Translations under genes and position numbers: made by a program | Assembly: GCA_963723045.1 (NCBI GenBank) | Contig: CAVROU010000001.1 | Location: 45,216-109,215 of the forward strand | Length of the DNA: 64,000 nt | Source of the DNA: an uncultured Solirubrobacterales bacterium | GTDB lineage: Bacteria > Actinomycetota > Thermoleophilia > Solirubrobacterales > Solirubrobacteraceae | Direction: 5' to 3' | The notes under the pieces: model-generated | The model's input: only the letters and a program-made list of their open reading frames with translations | Told to the model about the DNA's origin: nothing | The model's database searches: none | Shown here: positions 19,405 to 29,799 of the stretch, in pieces | Position numbering within the stretch: position 1 is the stretch's first letter | Layout: each line of letters starts with the position of its first letter

Positions 19405-19433
19405 AACTTACTGAATTATTTCAATGAAGTCAA
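19405..19433 (-). promoter_or_regulatory. Sigma70-type promoter
   Basis: TTGACT-N17-TAAGTT on the minus strand upstream of 17888-19246. Confidence 0.55.
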
Positions 19434-19595
19434 CGGGGTCCCAGCGCGCGCGCCGGCTGCGCCGGAGACGACTTCTCGGCCTGCGTCCTTCTGGCCTCAG
19501 GCCACTGGAGGCTGGAGCTGTCAACCATGCGGTTGAGCTCATCGAGCGGTGCCTGTCTGAGCCAATCCAAGCCCCGAAAGGTCCCGGGATAGGCC

Positions 19596-20327
19596 CTAAA
19601 GCTTGCCCGTGTCTCGACGATAGGCCCAGGCTGCAGCGGCCCCGAGAATCGCAGTCCACGCCGCGACGGTGACCCAGCCGCGGAGGCCCCAGGCGTGGCC
19701 GTCGAGCGCGACGTCTCGGGCCTGGACGAGCCACCAGGAGGGCAGGAACTGGCCGAACGTATGCAGGAAGCCGTTGGTGATCGCGAACCAGGTGCCGCTG
19801 AGGAAGGCGAGGATCGACACCAGGCCGCCCATCAGCGGGCCAACGGAGTCGGTGTTCACCAGATGGCCGACGAGGATGCCGAGCGCGGCGAACGGCAGCA
19901 GCGCGACCATGATCAGGCCCGTCATCGCCAGCCAGCGCCCGGCGGGCAGGCTGACGCCGAGCAGCGACCCGGAGATGTAGAGCAGGAGCAGGCTCGACAG
20001 CGCCATTGCGTATCCAGTGAGCACCTTGGCGCGGAAGTAGGCGCGTACCGAGAGCGGGCTGATTCGCAGCTGCCTGGTCCACCCGACCTGGCGCTCGCCG
20101 GCGATGCGCGCCCCGGTCGAGATCATCGACATCATCGTCCCGAAGGACGCGAGGGAGACCATGTAGTAGGTGGCGTAGGTGAGCCCGGTGCCGGGGATGA
20201 TCTTGTCGTGCTGGGGCGCCGCGATCAGCCAGAAGAAGACCAGCGGGAAGCCGAGCGAGAAGAGGAAGAAGCGGCGGTTGCGGAACGTGCGCAGCAGCTC
20301 GAAGCGGGTGTAGGCGACCCCGTTCAC
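19596..20327 (-). CDS. ABC-2 type transporter permease
   Basis: About 6 TM segments; ER..GW.RQLR..PL and FLPSWW motifs; overlaps the ATPase stop. Confidence 0.92.
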   Translation of the reverse strand: MNGVAYTRFELLRTFRNRRFFLFSLGFPLVFFWLIAAPQHDKIIPGTGLTYATYYMVSLASFGTMMSMISTGARIAGERQVGWTRQLRISPLSVRAYFRAKVLTGYAMALSSLLLLYISGSLLGVSLPAGRWLAMTGLIMVALLPFAALGILVGHLVNTDSVGPLMGGLVSILAFLSGTWFAITNGFLHTFGQFLPSWWLVQARDVALDGHAWGLRGWVTVAAWTAILGAAAAWAYRRDTGKL

Positions 20328-21334
20328 CGCACCACCAGTCCCCGCTCGTCGGTGTCCGGTCGGCCGGAGTCCGGCCGACCGGCGTCGGGCTCGTCGGCGT
20401 CCCGGTCTTCAGCGTCGGGCTCGCCCGTCAGCTCCAGGAAGGCATCCTCGAGGCTTCCCCCGACGATCTCGATGTCCCTCGCGGCCGGATACTGCGCAAG
20501 CAGCGCGCGGATGCTCTGGTCGGAGTCCGTGCAGTTCAAGATCACCGCGTCGCCGTGGCGCTCGGCCGAGGCGACTCCGGGCAGGCCGGCCAGACTCGAC
20601 GGATCGACGTCCGGCAGCGTCGCGCGGAGCGTCCGCCTGCCCACGCGCGCCTTGATCTCGGTCGTCGGGCCGTCGGCGACGATTCGCCCGTGGGCCATCA
20701 GGATCGCTCGATCGGCGTTCGCGTCGGCCTCCTCGAGGTAGTGGGTGGCGAACAGCACCGTCTTGCCCCGCTCGGCGAACTCCCGCATGATCGCCCAGAA
20801 CTCGCGGCGGGCCTCGACGTCCATCGCGACCGTCGGCTCGTCGAGCACCAGCAGCTCGGGGTTTGCGACGATCGCAACGGCAAAGCGCACACGCTGAGTC
20901 TCCCCGCCGGAGAGCTTCTGCGTACGCTGGGAGGCGATCCTCTGCAGCCGAGTGAGCGCGAGCGTCTCCTCGACATCCAACGGCTGCGGATAGAGCGAGG
21001 CCATCATCGCGATGAGCTCGCGCACCGAGAGGTCGCGGATCAGCATGCCGCTCTGCAGCATCGCGCCGACCAGCCCCGCGGCGACCGCCTCGCCGGGTGG
21101 GCGCCCGAAAACTCTCACCGTGCCGCGGTCGGGCTCGCTGAGGCCCAAAAGCATGTCGATCGTCGTCGACTTGCCCGCGCCGTTGGGACCCAGCAGCGCT
21201 GCCGTCTCGCCGGCGGCGACCGACACATCGATGCCCCGCACCGCACGAATTGGACCCTGGGGGCCGCTGAAGGACTTGGTCAGGCCCTCGACGCGGATGC
21301 CGCCGTCGGTCTGAGTCGTGGCCTGGGCAGTCAT
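20324..21334 (-). CDS. ABC transporter ATP-binding protein
   Basis: GPNGAGKST, LSGGE, LVLDEPT, THYLEEA. Confidence 0.95.
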   Translation of the reverse strand: MTAQATTQTDGGIRVEGLTKSFSGPQGPIRAVRGIDVSVAAGETAALLGPNGAGKSTTIDMLLGLSEPDRGTVRVFGRPPGEAVAAGLVGAMLQSGMLIRDLSVRELIAMMASLYPQPLDVEETLALTRLQRIASQRTQKLSGGETQRVRFAVAIVANPELLVLDEPTVAMDVEARREFWAIMREFAERGKTVLFATHYLEEADANADRAILMAHGRIVADGPTTEIKARVGRRTLRATLPDVDPSSLAGLPGVASAERHGDAVILNCTDSDQSIRALLAQYPAARDIEIVGGSLEDAFLELTGEPDAEDRDADEPDAGRPDSGRPDTDERGLVVR

Positions 21335-21406
21335 CGGGCGATAGGAGGCGATGGGCTGCCTGTCGATCAGGAAGAACGTGCGGCGGTCCGTACGGCGGGT
21401 CCCATC

Positions 21407-22771
21407 TCAGGCCGGCTGTGCCGCCAGCGGACGCGCGACCCGCGCGCCGGCGCGCACGCGCGTGCCGTTGCGGGGGGAGAAGGTGACGTTGCGTCGCGCC
21501 ACGTGCTCCGCGCGCGCGGCGGCGGGCGTGAGCAGGCAGCGGCTCAGGATGGTCTCCAGCACGATGCGCATCTCGAATTCGGCGAACGAGGCGCCCAGGC
21601 AGCGGCGGATGCCGCCCCCGAAGGGAATCCACCCGTAGGTTGCCGGCGGCTCCTGCAGGAAGCGCTCGGGGCGGAAAGCGTAAGGCTCCGGGTAGAGGTC
21701 CGCGCGGGTATGCGTGAGCCAGATCGCCGGCGTCACGTCGGCGCCGGCGGGCAGCGTCAGCGCGTCGGTCTTCAGCTCGTTGACCAGCCGTCGTCCGGCG
21801 AGCGGCACGACGGGGCGCAGACGCAGCGACTCGGAGATGACGGCGCGCAGGTAGGTGTCCTCGATGCCCGCATCGATCTCGTCCGTCAGGCGCGCCAGCA
21901 CGGGCGGATGGCGCAGCAGAAGATCGAACGTCCAGGCGAGCGCCGTCGCGGTCGTCTCGTGCCCGGCGAGCAGCAGTGTCACGAGCTGGTCGCGCAGCTC
22001 GCGATCGCTCATCGTGCCGCCGTCCTCCATCGGGGCGACCATCAGCAGCGAGAGGATGTCCTCGCGCTGCTCGAGCTCGGGATCCAGGCGCCGCTCGGCG
22101 ATCTCCGCGAGCAGCGGCTCGTCGATTTCGGCGACCAGCTCGTTGAGGGTTGCCAGCGGGTCGCCGCGCCCGAAGCGGCTGGAGAGCATGAAGCGCAGCT
22201 GCAGCCCCACCGAGGAGCTGCCGCCCAGCAAAAGGGGCAGCCGCTCGCGTAGCTGCGCGCCGCGCTCGGGGTCGCTCACGCCAAAGACCGCGCGCAGGAT
22301 CACCTCAAGTGTGATCGCCTGCATGCGCGGGTGCAGCGCGAAGGTCTCACCGCTTGGCCAGCCCTCGACCTCGGCCTCGGCGATCTCGCGCACGATCGAC
22401 TCATACGAGCGCATGCGCTCGCCGTGGAAGGCCGGCAGCATCGCGCGGCGCCGCGCGAGGTGCTCGCGACCCTCGAGCAGCAGCACCGAGCTTGCCCCCA
22501 TGACGGGGCGCAGCGCGGCGGTGCGACCGGGCGGCAGCCCGTGCCCATGCTCGCTGTAGAGCTCGCGCACGATGTCGGGGTGGGAGACCATCACGGTGGG
22601 GCGCTGCGAGCCGAGGAAGCGCACGCTGAAGGCATCGCCGAAGTGCCGCCGGCAGTGCTCCATGAAGCCGATCGGCCGCGCCAGCCACCACACCATCTGC
22701 ACGACCGGCGGCTGGCTGGGCCCGGCGGGAAGCGCACTGAGGTCGAGATCCACGCCCCTAGCCTGACACAC
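21407..22771 (-). CDS. Cytochrome P450
   Basis: AGHETT, ESLR, PERF and heme motif FGGGIRRCLG. Confidence 0.96.
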   Translation of the reverse strand: MCQARGVDLDLSALPAGPSQPPVVQMVWWLARPIGFMEHCRRHFGDAFSVRFLGSQRPTVMVSHPDIVRELYSEHGHGLPPGRTAALRPVMGASSVLLLEGREHLARRRAMLPAFHGERMRSYESIVREIAEAEVEGWPSGETFALHPRMQAITLEVILRAVFGVSDPERGAQLRERLPLLLGGSSSVGLQLRFMLSSRFGRGDPLATLNELVAEIDEPLLAEIAERRLDPELEQREDILSLLMVAPMEDGGTMSDRELRDQLVTLLLAGHETTATALAWTFDLLLRHPPVLARLTDEIDAGIEDTYLRAVISESLRLRPVVPLAGRRLVNELKTDALTLPAGADVTPAIWLTHTRADLYPEPYAFRPERFLQEPPATYGWIPFGGGIRRCLGASFAEFEMRIVLETILSRCLLTPAAARAEHVARRNVTFSPRNGTRVRAGARVARPLAAQPA

Positions 22772-22970
22772 CTCGGCGCCTGCGCCAACTCGGGTTAGTT
22801 TTGAGGGGGCGGCCTAAAGGCCGCCATGGTTGCCGCGAAGTGCCGTGCCGGGGCGCGGGGGCCTGGGCGCCTTCACTCGCCCCGCGCACTCGCCTCGGCG
22901 CGTCAGCGCCAGCGTTGCGCGTCGACCCTGCCGCTTCGCGGCCATCGCTGGTGGCCTCTAGGCCACCTCC

Positions 22971-23249
22971 TTAAAATCTTGATCGCTCCAGCGGGGCGCC
23001 GTCGCTGAGCGTGAGCCTCAGCAGCTCCTCGCCCGGGCGTTTGGCGTTGCAGGGACGGAACGAGCGCGCGCGGCGGCTCGGGCGAAACGAGCGCACCGGC
23101 TCGGCGCGGATGTCGTTTCTGAAGGCCACTCCCATTACGGTGCGGCGGGCGAGGGAGCGCGCGAGGATCGCCTCGGCCACGGCCGCCGGGTCGACCGCAT
23201 ACTGCGAGTCGAGGATGAGCTGTCGGAGTAACTGGATCTGTCGCTGCAT
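22971..23249 (-). CDS. Small protein resembling the FlgM C-terminal anti-sigma segment
   Basis: IQLLRQLILDSQYAVDPAAVAEAIL. Confidence 0.45.
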   Translation of the reverse strand: MQRQIQLLRQLILDSQYAVDPAAVAEAILARSLARRTVMGVAFRNDIRAEPVRSFRPSRRARSFRPCNAKRPGEELLRLTLSDGAPLERSRF

Positions 23250-23399
23250 CGGGGGTGCCCGTTTTTGATCGGCTCCTCGCGCGGGAACCTTTTGTCGGGC
23301 GACCCTCGATTCGACAAGCGTTGAGCCCTCTCAAGCGGGCGGTGTTGCGCCGCGAGGATCGCCTCGGGCGCCGGCGAGGTAGCGCACGACGTCCTTCGC

Positions 23400-23578
23400 G
23401 TCGATCGCGAGCGCGGCGGCGTCGCGGCCGCGGACAGGCCGCTCGTGCGGGCGCGGATCGCCAGGCGCGCCCCGCGCGGGTCCTGCGCCTGGATCGCCAG
23501 CAGCCGCTCGGCCACGGCCCCGGGGTCGCTCGCGGGCTCGCCCGCCAGCAGCTGCGCTGTGAGACGCTCGGCGATCAT
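23400..23578 (-). pseudogene. AlkZ/HTH_42 DNA glycosylase N-terminal fragment
   Basis: LLAIQAQDPRGARLAIRARTSGL (QxQ motif); similarity ends after ~55 codons. Confidence 0.6.
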
Positions 23579-23702
23579 TCCGGCGCCGAGTATGGCGCGG
23601 AGGGGCGGATCGGCGCCCGGCGCGGCGTGCCGCTCATACCGACTTCATGCACCGGTGCTTTCGCTCGAGTCCTCGCCGTTGGATCCCTCAGCGCCGTCGG
23701 GT

Positions 23703-24272
23703 CTACAGCACGAACGGAATGATCGCGCGCACGTGCTTCCTGTATTCGGCGTAGGCGTCGGGAAAGTGCCTTTGCATGATCCGCTCCTCCTGCCGGGCCT
23801 TCCACCACAGGCTCCCGCACAGCGCGAGGAACAGGGCGAAGCCGAAGGCCCGCCCGTAGTCGATCGCCGTGCCGAGCGCCATGACGATCAGGCCGGTGTA
23901 GATCGGATGGCGCGCCAGCGCGTACGGGCCGGATTCGATCAGCTCGTGGTCCTCCTTGAAGGTCACCTCCGCGCTCCAGTTGCGACCCAGCACGATCCGC
24001 GCCCAGACGGTGAAGGCGGCTCCCGCGAGGACTATGCCGGCGCTCACGATTCCCAGCGCGAGCGAGGTCTGCCAGATCTGCGACTGCGAGGACACGTGCA
24101 GCAGTCGCTCGGCGGCCACCCAGCCGAGGACGAGGATGCCCGCGACGAGGCGATATCCGAAGAAGTCACCTCGCTCGACCGTGCGCTTGGTCTTGAAGGC
24201 CATGGCCACCCAATAGATCACCCACGCGATCCAGCAGCCCTGGATGAACAGCCATGTTGAGTCGCTCGTCAT
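23703..24272 (-). CDS. Isoprenylcysteine carboxyl methyltransferase family protein
   Basis: LGRNWS, HELIESGPYALARHPIYTG, EERIM...YAEYR. Confidence 0.92.
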   Translation of the reverse strand: MTSDSTWLFIQGCWIAWVIYWVAMAFKTKRTVERGDFFGYRLVAGILVLGWVAAERLLHVSSQSQIWQTSLALGIVSAGIVLAGAAFTVWARIVLGRNWSAEVTFKEDHELIESGPYALARHPIYTGLIVMALGTAIDYGRAFGFALFLALCGSLWWKARQEERIMQRHFPDAYAEYRKHVRAIIPFVL

Positions 24273-24398
24273 ATGGTCTCCGCCGCGCAGGGACTTGCCT
24301 GCAGGCCGGCATTATCGCCGGCTCAGGCTCGAGCTCCCGCCGTCAAGGCGGCTCTCCCGGGCCAGGTTTGCCCTACGCGCGCCGGCGTGGCGCGGCTT

Positions 24399-25961
24399 TC
24401 ATGGGTGGCCGCCGGGCAGCCCTGCGTGGCGGAGGATGCGTGCCATGTCGTAGAAGCCTGTCTGGAAGTCGGTGAGACGCTTTGGCGGTCCGCCCGTGGC
24501 GACGGGGTCCTGGTAGCGCGCCTGTGCCCAGCTCTGGCGCCACTGCACCATCTGCTGTGTGAGTGCGCTGTGGTTGGCGACCCCGGGGCCGCGGGTGGGC
24601 GCGGCGGGGTCGTTGAGGAGCTGCCCAAGGTGCTGTGCGGCGGCGACGCGTGCTGTGGGCGCGGGGATCTGCCCGCCGGTGTTGCAGAAGCGCGTGAGGA
24701 TCGTCTTGATGATCGAGGTGTGGTCGAAGTGGATGTCCGGTGCGAGCTCTGAGGAGGAAGAGCCGGCGCTCACGAGCGGGGAGACGAGGAGTGCGGGCAC
24801 GCGCACCCCGAGGCGCCGGAACTCGGGGTCGTCGTCCACGGCGGCAGGTGGTGTGACGTGGTCGTAGAACCCGCCGTGCTCGTCGTAGGTGAGGATCAGG
24901 AGCGTCTTCTGCCAGGTCGGCGCCGAGCTGAGGGCGTGGTAGATGGTAAGGATCAGGTCCTGCCCGGCGATCACGTCGCTGGGTGGGTGGTCGTCGTTTG
25001 AGTCTGGCCCGAGGACGCGCAGGTCCTTGAAGCGCGGGTCGATCCAGCTGACCTGCGGCAGCCTTCCGGCGGCGACGTCGTCGAGAAACGAGGGGCCTTC
25101 CTCGGTCAGCTCGCCTGCCGCGCGTTCCCGGGTGCTCAGCGTGCGGGAGTCGACGAAGGCGAAGCGCTCGTGGTGGCTGAGGCGGTACTGGGGGTCGACG
25201 GCGCGCAGCGTGGCGGGGTCGAAGGAGTACCAGCGCCAGTCGACCTGGTGCTGGTCGAGGTAGCGGACGAAGCTCGGCAGCTCATAGATCGGCGGCGAGG
25301 CGTCGTTGCGGCTCCCTTCGGCGCGTCCGGCGACCGAGTAGAGCCGGTTTGGCCACGTCGCCCCGGGCACGGAGCTGAACCATCTGTCGACGACGCAGTA
25401 CTCGGCTGCGAGGTGGTCGTAGACGGGCAGGTCCTCGGCTGTGTAGTAGCCCATCACGAGACCCGGATCTGGTACCGGCACGTGGAGCTTTGCGGCACGT
25501 TCGGAGGAGATGCGGGCGTAGTTGGCGACAAAGCCCTGGCCGCCCCCCGCCAGCTGCTCATCGACGGAGGCGCCGGAGTGGTCGGGGTCTTCGGCCTCCC
25601 CGCCGAACATCGTCGCGGCCAGGTGGTGGATGGGGTAGTCGGTTCCCGCGTAACTGTTGTGGTTGGCGGCGGGACCGGTCAGTCCGTCGATGTTCGTGCG
25701 GCCCTTCCCGCCTTCGGCCGCCGGCAGCGAGAGGTAGCCGAGCATATGGTCGAAGGAGCGGTTCTCCAGCATCACCACGACCACGTGCTCGATCTGGTCC
25801 AGGCGCGCCGCGAACCCGTCATCAGGTGCGGCGATGGTGGCCGGCGGCGTGGGTGGCACCGCCGCGGCGACCACGTCGATCATCTGCCGCCATTTCCCGG
25901 GCAGCAGATGCCCCACACCACGAAGCGCCGCCCGCTCAGCCTCTTCCAAGAAATCGCTCAT
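24399..25961 (-). CDS. Phosphoesterase / phospholipase C family protein
   Basis: HVVVVMLENRSFDHMLG, PGATWPNR, DDHPP, TYDEHGGFYDHV, LGVRVP. Confidence 0.93.
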   Translation of the reverse strand: MSDFLEEAERAALRGVGHLLPGKWRQMIDVVAAAVPPTPPATIAAPDDGFAARLDQIEHVVVVMLENRSFDHMLGYLSLPAAEGGKGRTNIDGLTGPAANHNSYAGTDYPIHHLAATMFGGEAEDPDHSGASVDEQLAGGGQGFVANYARISSERAAKLHVPVPDPGLVMGYYTAEDLPVYDHLAAEYCVVDRWFSSVPGATWPNRLYSVAGRAEGSRNDASPPIYELPSFVRYLDQHQVDWRWYSFDPATLRAVDPQYRLSHHERFAFVDSRTLSTRERAAGELTEEGPSFLDDVAAGRLPQVSWIDPRFKDLRVLGPDSNDDHPPSDVIAGQDLILTIYHALSSAPTWQKTLLILTYDEHGGFYDHVTPPAAVDDDPEFRRLGVRVPALLVSPLVSAGSSSSELAPDIHFDHTSIIKTILTRFCNTGGQIPAPTARVAAAQHLGQLLNDPAAPTRGPGVANHSALTQQMVQWRQSWAQARYQDPVATGGPPKRLTDFQTGFYDMARILRHAGLPGGHP

Positions 25962-26140
25962 TTACGCTCACCCTTAGGGACGATTCGATTTATGGAGAAC
26001 GCCGGCAGACTACCGCAAGGCGCGCCGCGATGCGCTTCTCACCGCATAGCGAAAGCGCGGCATGAATGCACCCCGTGGAGCATTTTCTGGTACGTTTTGA
26101 ATGATAGGAACTAAGGGGGCCCCATGCGCAGCACCAGCTG

Positions 26141-27262
26141 GTGCGACATCGTGGCAGTACCCGGCCGCGAACACCCGCGAGGACGAAAAGGACCTTCGAT
26201 GGCCGCGGTCGGCCCCCGACTGTTGGCGCCGGCGGAGACTCCGTGTTTGGAAAGCTGAGGCCGCTCGCGCAGAATCGTGTGGTGGTCCTGTTTGCGGGCA
26301 TCGCGCTCGGCGTCTTTCTCTGGACGGCGCCCTGGCATCGCATCGCACCCACCGCGGGCCACGCCGTGCCGCACCGCCGGCCCTACGAATATCTGTATCT
26401 CGACTCCGAGCGCGTCGACTCCTTTCTCGGTGAGCTCGACGACGGCAGCGTTCGCTCCATCAGCCGCCAGGAAACCGAATCGAGCAATGCCAGTCTCGGG
26501 TTCCAGCTCGACACGGTGGGAAGCGCGACCGCGACGGAGGGGAAGCAACTCACCGTAAGCGCGGTCGTGACCAAGACCGAGGCTGACAACTTCTACAGCC
26601 TGCTGGAGCAACTCGAAGGCGGCCTGTTGAAGACCATGAGCGTGGCTTCCCCGCGGCTGTCCGCGCAGTTCTCCCCGCGTGCAGTGCCGGTCGGAACGAT
26701 GGTCCGCGTCGAAAACGCCTTTCCGCGACTCCCACCTTACCTGTCGCCCTATCCGCTACTGCGTTACGCAAGGTTTGAAACGAACTCGCCGGTCTTCGGG
26801 AAGCCCGTGCTCTCCGACTACAGCCTCTCCCGTTACACGGCAGGCGCCGCGGTCGAACGAGAAAGGCTCAGGTTCATCAAGCGGGTCGGCCCCGATCCGC
26901 GCCTGCCCTTCTCGATCGAAGCTGGCAACGGACTGACGATCTTCATCCCAGCGCGCTTTGCGGACCTCACGGGGGATCCGAGCCTGCTCTCAGCGCGCCT
27001 GACGATCGTCGGCAAGGTTGCGTTCAACGTCGAAAAGGGCTCCGAGAGGAGACAGGGCGAAGAAGGGGGCTTTGGCGACGGGGCCTCCGAGGATGCCTAC
27101 CTGCCCGCGCTCCTCGGCGCCTCGCCGACATTCCTGCGCGAGCTCGGCGTGCGCCCGTCGGCGGCCAACTCCAAGACGACACTCTTCCAGGGCGTCTCGG
27201 AATCACTGACCTACCTCGATCATGTGGTCGAGGTCGTACCGATCGCCATGTACTACAACTGA
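26141..27262 (+). CDS. Membrane-anchored hypothetical protein (start uncertain)
   Basis: Long ORF with one TM segment and YEYLYLDSERVDSFLGEL; ends near the att site. Confidence 0.7.
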   Translation: MRHRGSTRPRTPARTKRTFDGRGRPPTVGAGGDSVFGKLRPLAQNRVVVLFAGIALGVFLWTAPWHRIAPTAGHAVPHRRPYEYLYLDSERVDSFLGELDDGSVRSISRQETESSNASLGFQLDTVGSATATEGKQLTVSAVVTKTEADNFYSLLEQLEGGLLKTMSVASPRLSAQFSPRAVPVGTMVRVENAFPRLPPYLSPYPLLRYARFETNSPVFGKPVLSDYSLSRYTAGAAVERERLRFIKRVGPDPRLPFSIEAGNGLTIFIPARFADLTGDPSLLSARLTIVGKVAFNVEKGSERRQGEEGGFGDGASEDAYLPALLGASPTFLRELGVRPSAANSKTTLFQGVSESLTYLDHVVEVVPIAMYYN

Positions 27263-27338
27263 TTTCGGTCACGTCGCATGAAGTACGGAGCCCCGCGCCT
27301 GCCCACACTCCGACCTGGGCCTCGCTGTAGACGAGCAG

Positions 27339-27385
27339 TGGGCACGGCTGGTTTCCGAACCAGCGACCTCTCGCGTGTGAAGCGA
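27339..27385 (-). repeat. att site: 3' half of tRNA-Val
   Basis: Matches 34184-34229 apart from one extra C. Confidence 0.9.
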
Positions 27386-27561
27386 ACGCGAGCATGCGAA
27401 CCGGCGTCTCGGTGCGGTTGACGATCTGGTGGGCTCCGGGCCTGAGGAGCCTGAGCAGTAGAGGTCCCTCTGTCGGCTGGCCGTGTTGGCGCCGGCTCGG
27501 GCGCGCCGATGCCTTGGGCATCTAGGGAATCAAGGAACTCTTCCAGCAAGCCGATCTCAGG

Positions 27562-28338
27562 GTGATGCGGCATTCTGCGGTCTCGGATGCAGGTGACCCA
27601 GCGGCTGCGTTCGGCGCGCCGCGCCGTCCTGTGCGCCGGCGCTGGCTTGTCGTGGTGGCAGTGGGCGTTCTCCTGCGGCTGCTGCTGATCTTGGTCGCGT
27701 CGCCGTCGGTGCGTGCGTTGCTGCACATCGGGAGCGGCTACCCGTCGTGCGCGGCGGCGGGCATCAGCACACCAGAGGGCCGTGAGGGGATATGCGCGCG
27801 CGGCGGCCTCGGCTTGATAGGTCCGAGCACCGTCTACAATGTCGTCGATCGCGGGCATGTGCTGAGGATGCCTGAATACGAAGCGCGTCTGCTGGGGTCG
27901 AGGGTCACCTCGACGCACGTGAGCAATGCCTCCGAGCACGAGGATCTATATCCGGGGGGTCGCGGGCGGCTCGTGTCCTTCCAGGTGACGGTCACGAACA
28001 CGAGCGGCAGGCCGCTGCTGTTCGGGGCGGGAGTTGGCTACGCGCCCATCCCGTCCTATCCCGCGCATCCGCTCATCGAACTCGCGCTCCCCACCATGGG
28101 CGGGTCGAGTTCCAACACGGACACCACCTACCCGGCGATCATCGACGGTCGGGGCGCACCCACGCCTTCGGTCTTCCGCCAGCCGCTCATCGCGCCAGGG
28201 GAAAGCGTCACCGGGTGGGCGACATTCGTGGCACCCGCGTGGGCACTTGATGTGCTCGAAGCCAGGCCCGCCGATGTGGACTTCTCCCGGATGAATGGCA
28301 GCAGCGACTACGTTGGCCAAATTCGCCTTTGGAAGTAG
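27562..28338 (+). CDS. Membrane-anchored hypothetical protein with Ig-like region
   Basis: TM segment; FQVTVTNTSGRP...IAPGESVTGWATF. Confidence 0.7.
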   Translation: MMRHSAVSDAGDPAAAFGAPRRPVRRRWLVVVAVGVLLRLLLILVASPSVRALLHIGSGYPSCAAAGISTPEGREGICARGGLGLIGPSTVYNVVDRGHVLRMPEYEARLLGSRVTSTHVSNASEHEDLYPGGRGRLVSFQVTVTNTSGRPLLFGAGVGYAPIPSYPAHPLIELALPTMGGSSSNTDTTYPAIIDGRGAPTPSVFRQPLIAPGESVTGWATFVAPAWALDVLEARPADVDFSRMNGSSDYVGQIRLWK

Positions 28339-28363
28339 ACCAAGGCGAGCGTGTGAAGCGGCC

Positions 28364-29245
28364 TCAACGTTTCTTACTTGCGGGCCCAAGCTTTACCGCG
28401 ACGACCGCACCATTCGTGAGCTTGGTGCCAGCTTTAGCGCTCTGTTTCATAACCACAAGCGCGCCGCGATACTTGTGCGGCTTGCTGACCTTGCCGAGAC
28501 GACAGTGGTCTTTCGCCAGCACGTGTCGCGTGGCTGTGAGGGAATCGCCCTTCAATCGCGGTACGACACAGCCTGATATCGCGGTCTCCTTGAGCGCCCG
28601 TTCTGCCGCTTCACGACCCGTGCGTTCGCCGGCTTCGCGGATTTCACGTTCCTTGGCGGCGTGTGCAGCCGCTTCCTTGGCCGGGCGTTCTTCTCCTTCC
28701 TTCTTCTTGGCTTCCCGTTCTTCTTCAAGCCTGGGCGCTTCACTGGCCACCCGTTCTGCGCCTCCTAGATTCCACGGCGCATCTTCGAATTTGGCCGGTT
28801 GGCCGCCAGACCCGTTGGGAAGGCCTGGGGGAGGGGACGAGCCCGTCGTGAATGTCAGTGGGTAGCTCTGTCTCGTGCCATCTGAGTTGGACGCGATCAC
28901 CACGAAATTGTAGGAGTATTCCCATTTCAAAGACGTCAATCCGGCGCTCACCACCTGTTCCAGTCGGTTGGCTGGGATAGAGCCCTCGCCGACCCGTTCG
29001 CGCGAGGTCGGGCTGCACGTATCGCCTGACTGACATGCCGGATATTCCAGCCAGAGTTCGTACGTTGTTTCAAGCCCGTCTGGGCTGATCGGTGCCTGCA
29101 GGGTCGCGTCGTTTTGGCTGACTTCGGCTGATGTAGAGCCGATGAGTGGCGCCGAAGACGCGACCGATACGGCAGGCAGTATCGCGCAACACATCGCGAC
29201 GCAGCACGTCGCCGCCATGACTCCGCATGTTCTAAGCCGAGCCAT
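28364..29245 (-). CDS. Secreted protein with FN3-like domain, charged linker and C-terminal PASTA-like domain
   Basis: Signal peptide; ATLQAPISPDGLETTYELW; CVVPRLKGDSL...CRLGKV. Confidence 0.75.
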   Translation of the reverse strand: MARLRTCGVMAATCCVAMCCAILPAVSVASSAPLIGSTSAEVSQNDATLQAPISPDGLETTYELWLEYPACQSGDTCSPTSRERVGEGSIPANRLEQVVSAGLTSLKWEYSYNFVVIASNSDGTRQSYPLTFTTGSSPPPGLPNGSGGQPAKFEDAPWNLGGAERVASEAPRLEEEREAKKKEGEERPAKEAAAHAAKEREIREAGERTGREAAERALKETAISGCVVPRLKGDSLTATRHVLAKDHCRLGKVSKPHKYRGALVVMKQSAKAGTKLTNGAVVAVKLGPASKKR

Positions 29246-29381
29246 CTCGGATACCTTCCTGGCCAGCATAAGTCGGCCTAGTATTGCATAGTGGATTATT
29301 GGCAATCGCGGAGGTGCGCTGGTCCATTGACGGACCAGTCATCCTCAAAGTGGGGCTCTCCGAAGCAATCCTAAAGCCAGC

Positions 29382-29723
29382 TCAGGCCATCGAACCAGTC
29401 GCAGGCTCGTCGACTGTCTCAGGGGGAGGCGCCAAGAGGTAGACCACCACAGCCAGGCCGAGCACCGACGCGACCTCCCAGGCCATGCTTGCCAGGTCGT
29501 CCGCCAGGAGCACCTTGCGGAAATCTCCGTTGGTCGATTCCAGCCCTTCGACGATCGAGTAGATGTGCAGACCGAGCAGGCCAAGGGCGATGCCGAGAAG
29601 GCCGCAGACGACAAAGAACGCGAGGCCACCGACCGGTCCGTCGGCCAGGTCGGGGAGCCATCGAGAGCTTGCCGTCACGCCGACGGACAGGCAGGCGGCA
29701 AAGATGAGAACGGGGACGAGCAT
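29382..29723 (-). CDS. Small 3-TM membrane protein
   Basis: Three hydrophobic segments. Confidence 0.6.
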   Translation of the reverse strand: MLVPVLIFAACLSVGVTASSRWLPDLADGPVGGLAFFVVCGLLGIALGLLGLHIYSIVEGLESTNGDFRKVLLADDLASMAWEVASVLGLAVVVYLLAPPPETVDEPATGSMA

Positions 29724-29799
29724 CCGCGCATCCTTCTAACCGCATCGGACGGAATAGTCCGAACAACCGACTAGTCCAGTTTTTGGTATAAAACGCGTC

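Noticed and set aside
27339-27385. Additional functional tRNA genes here and at 37731-37772
   Set aside because: Each is only half a cloverleaf
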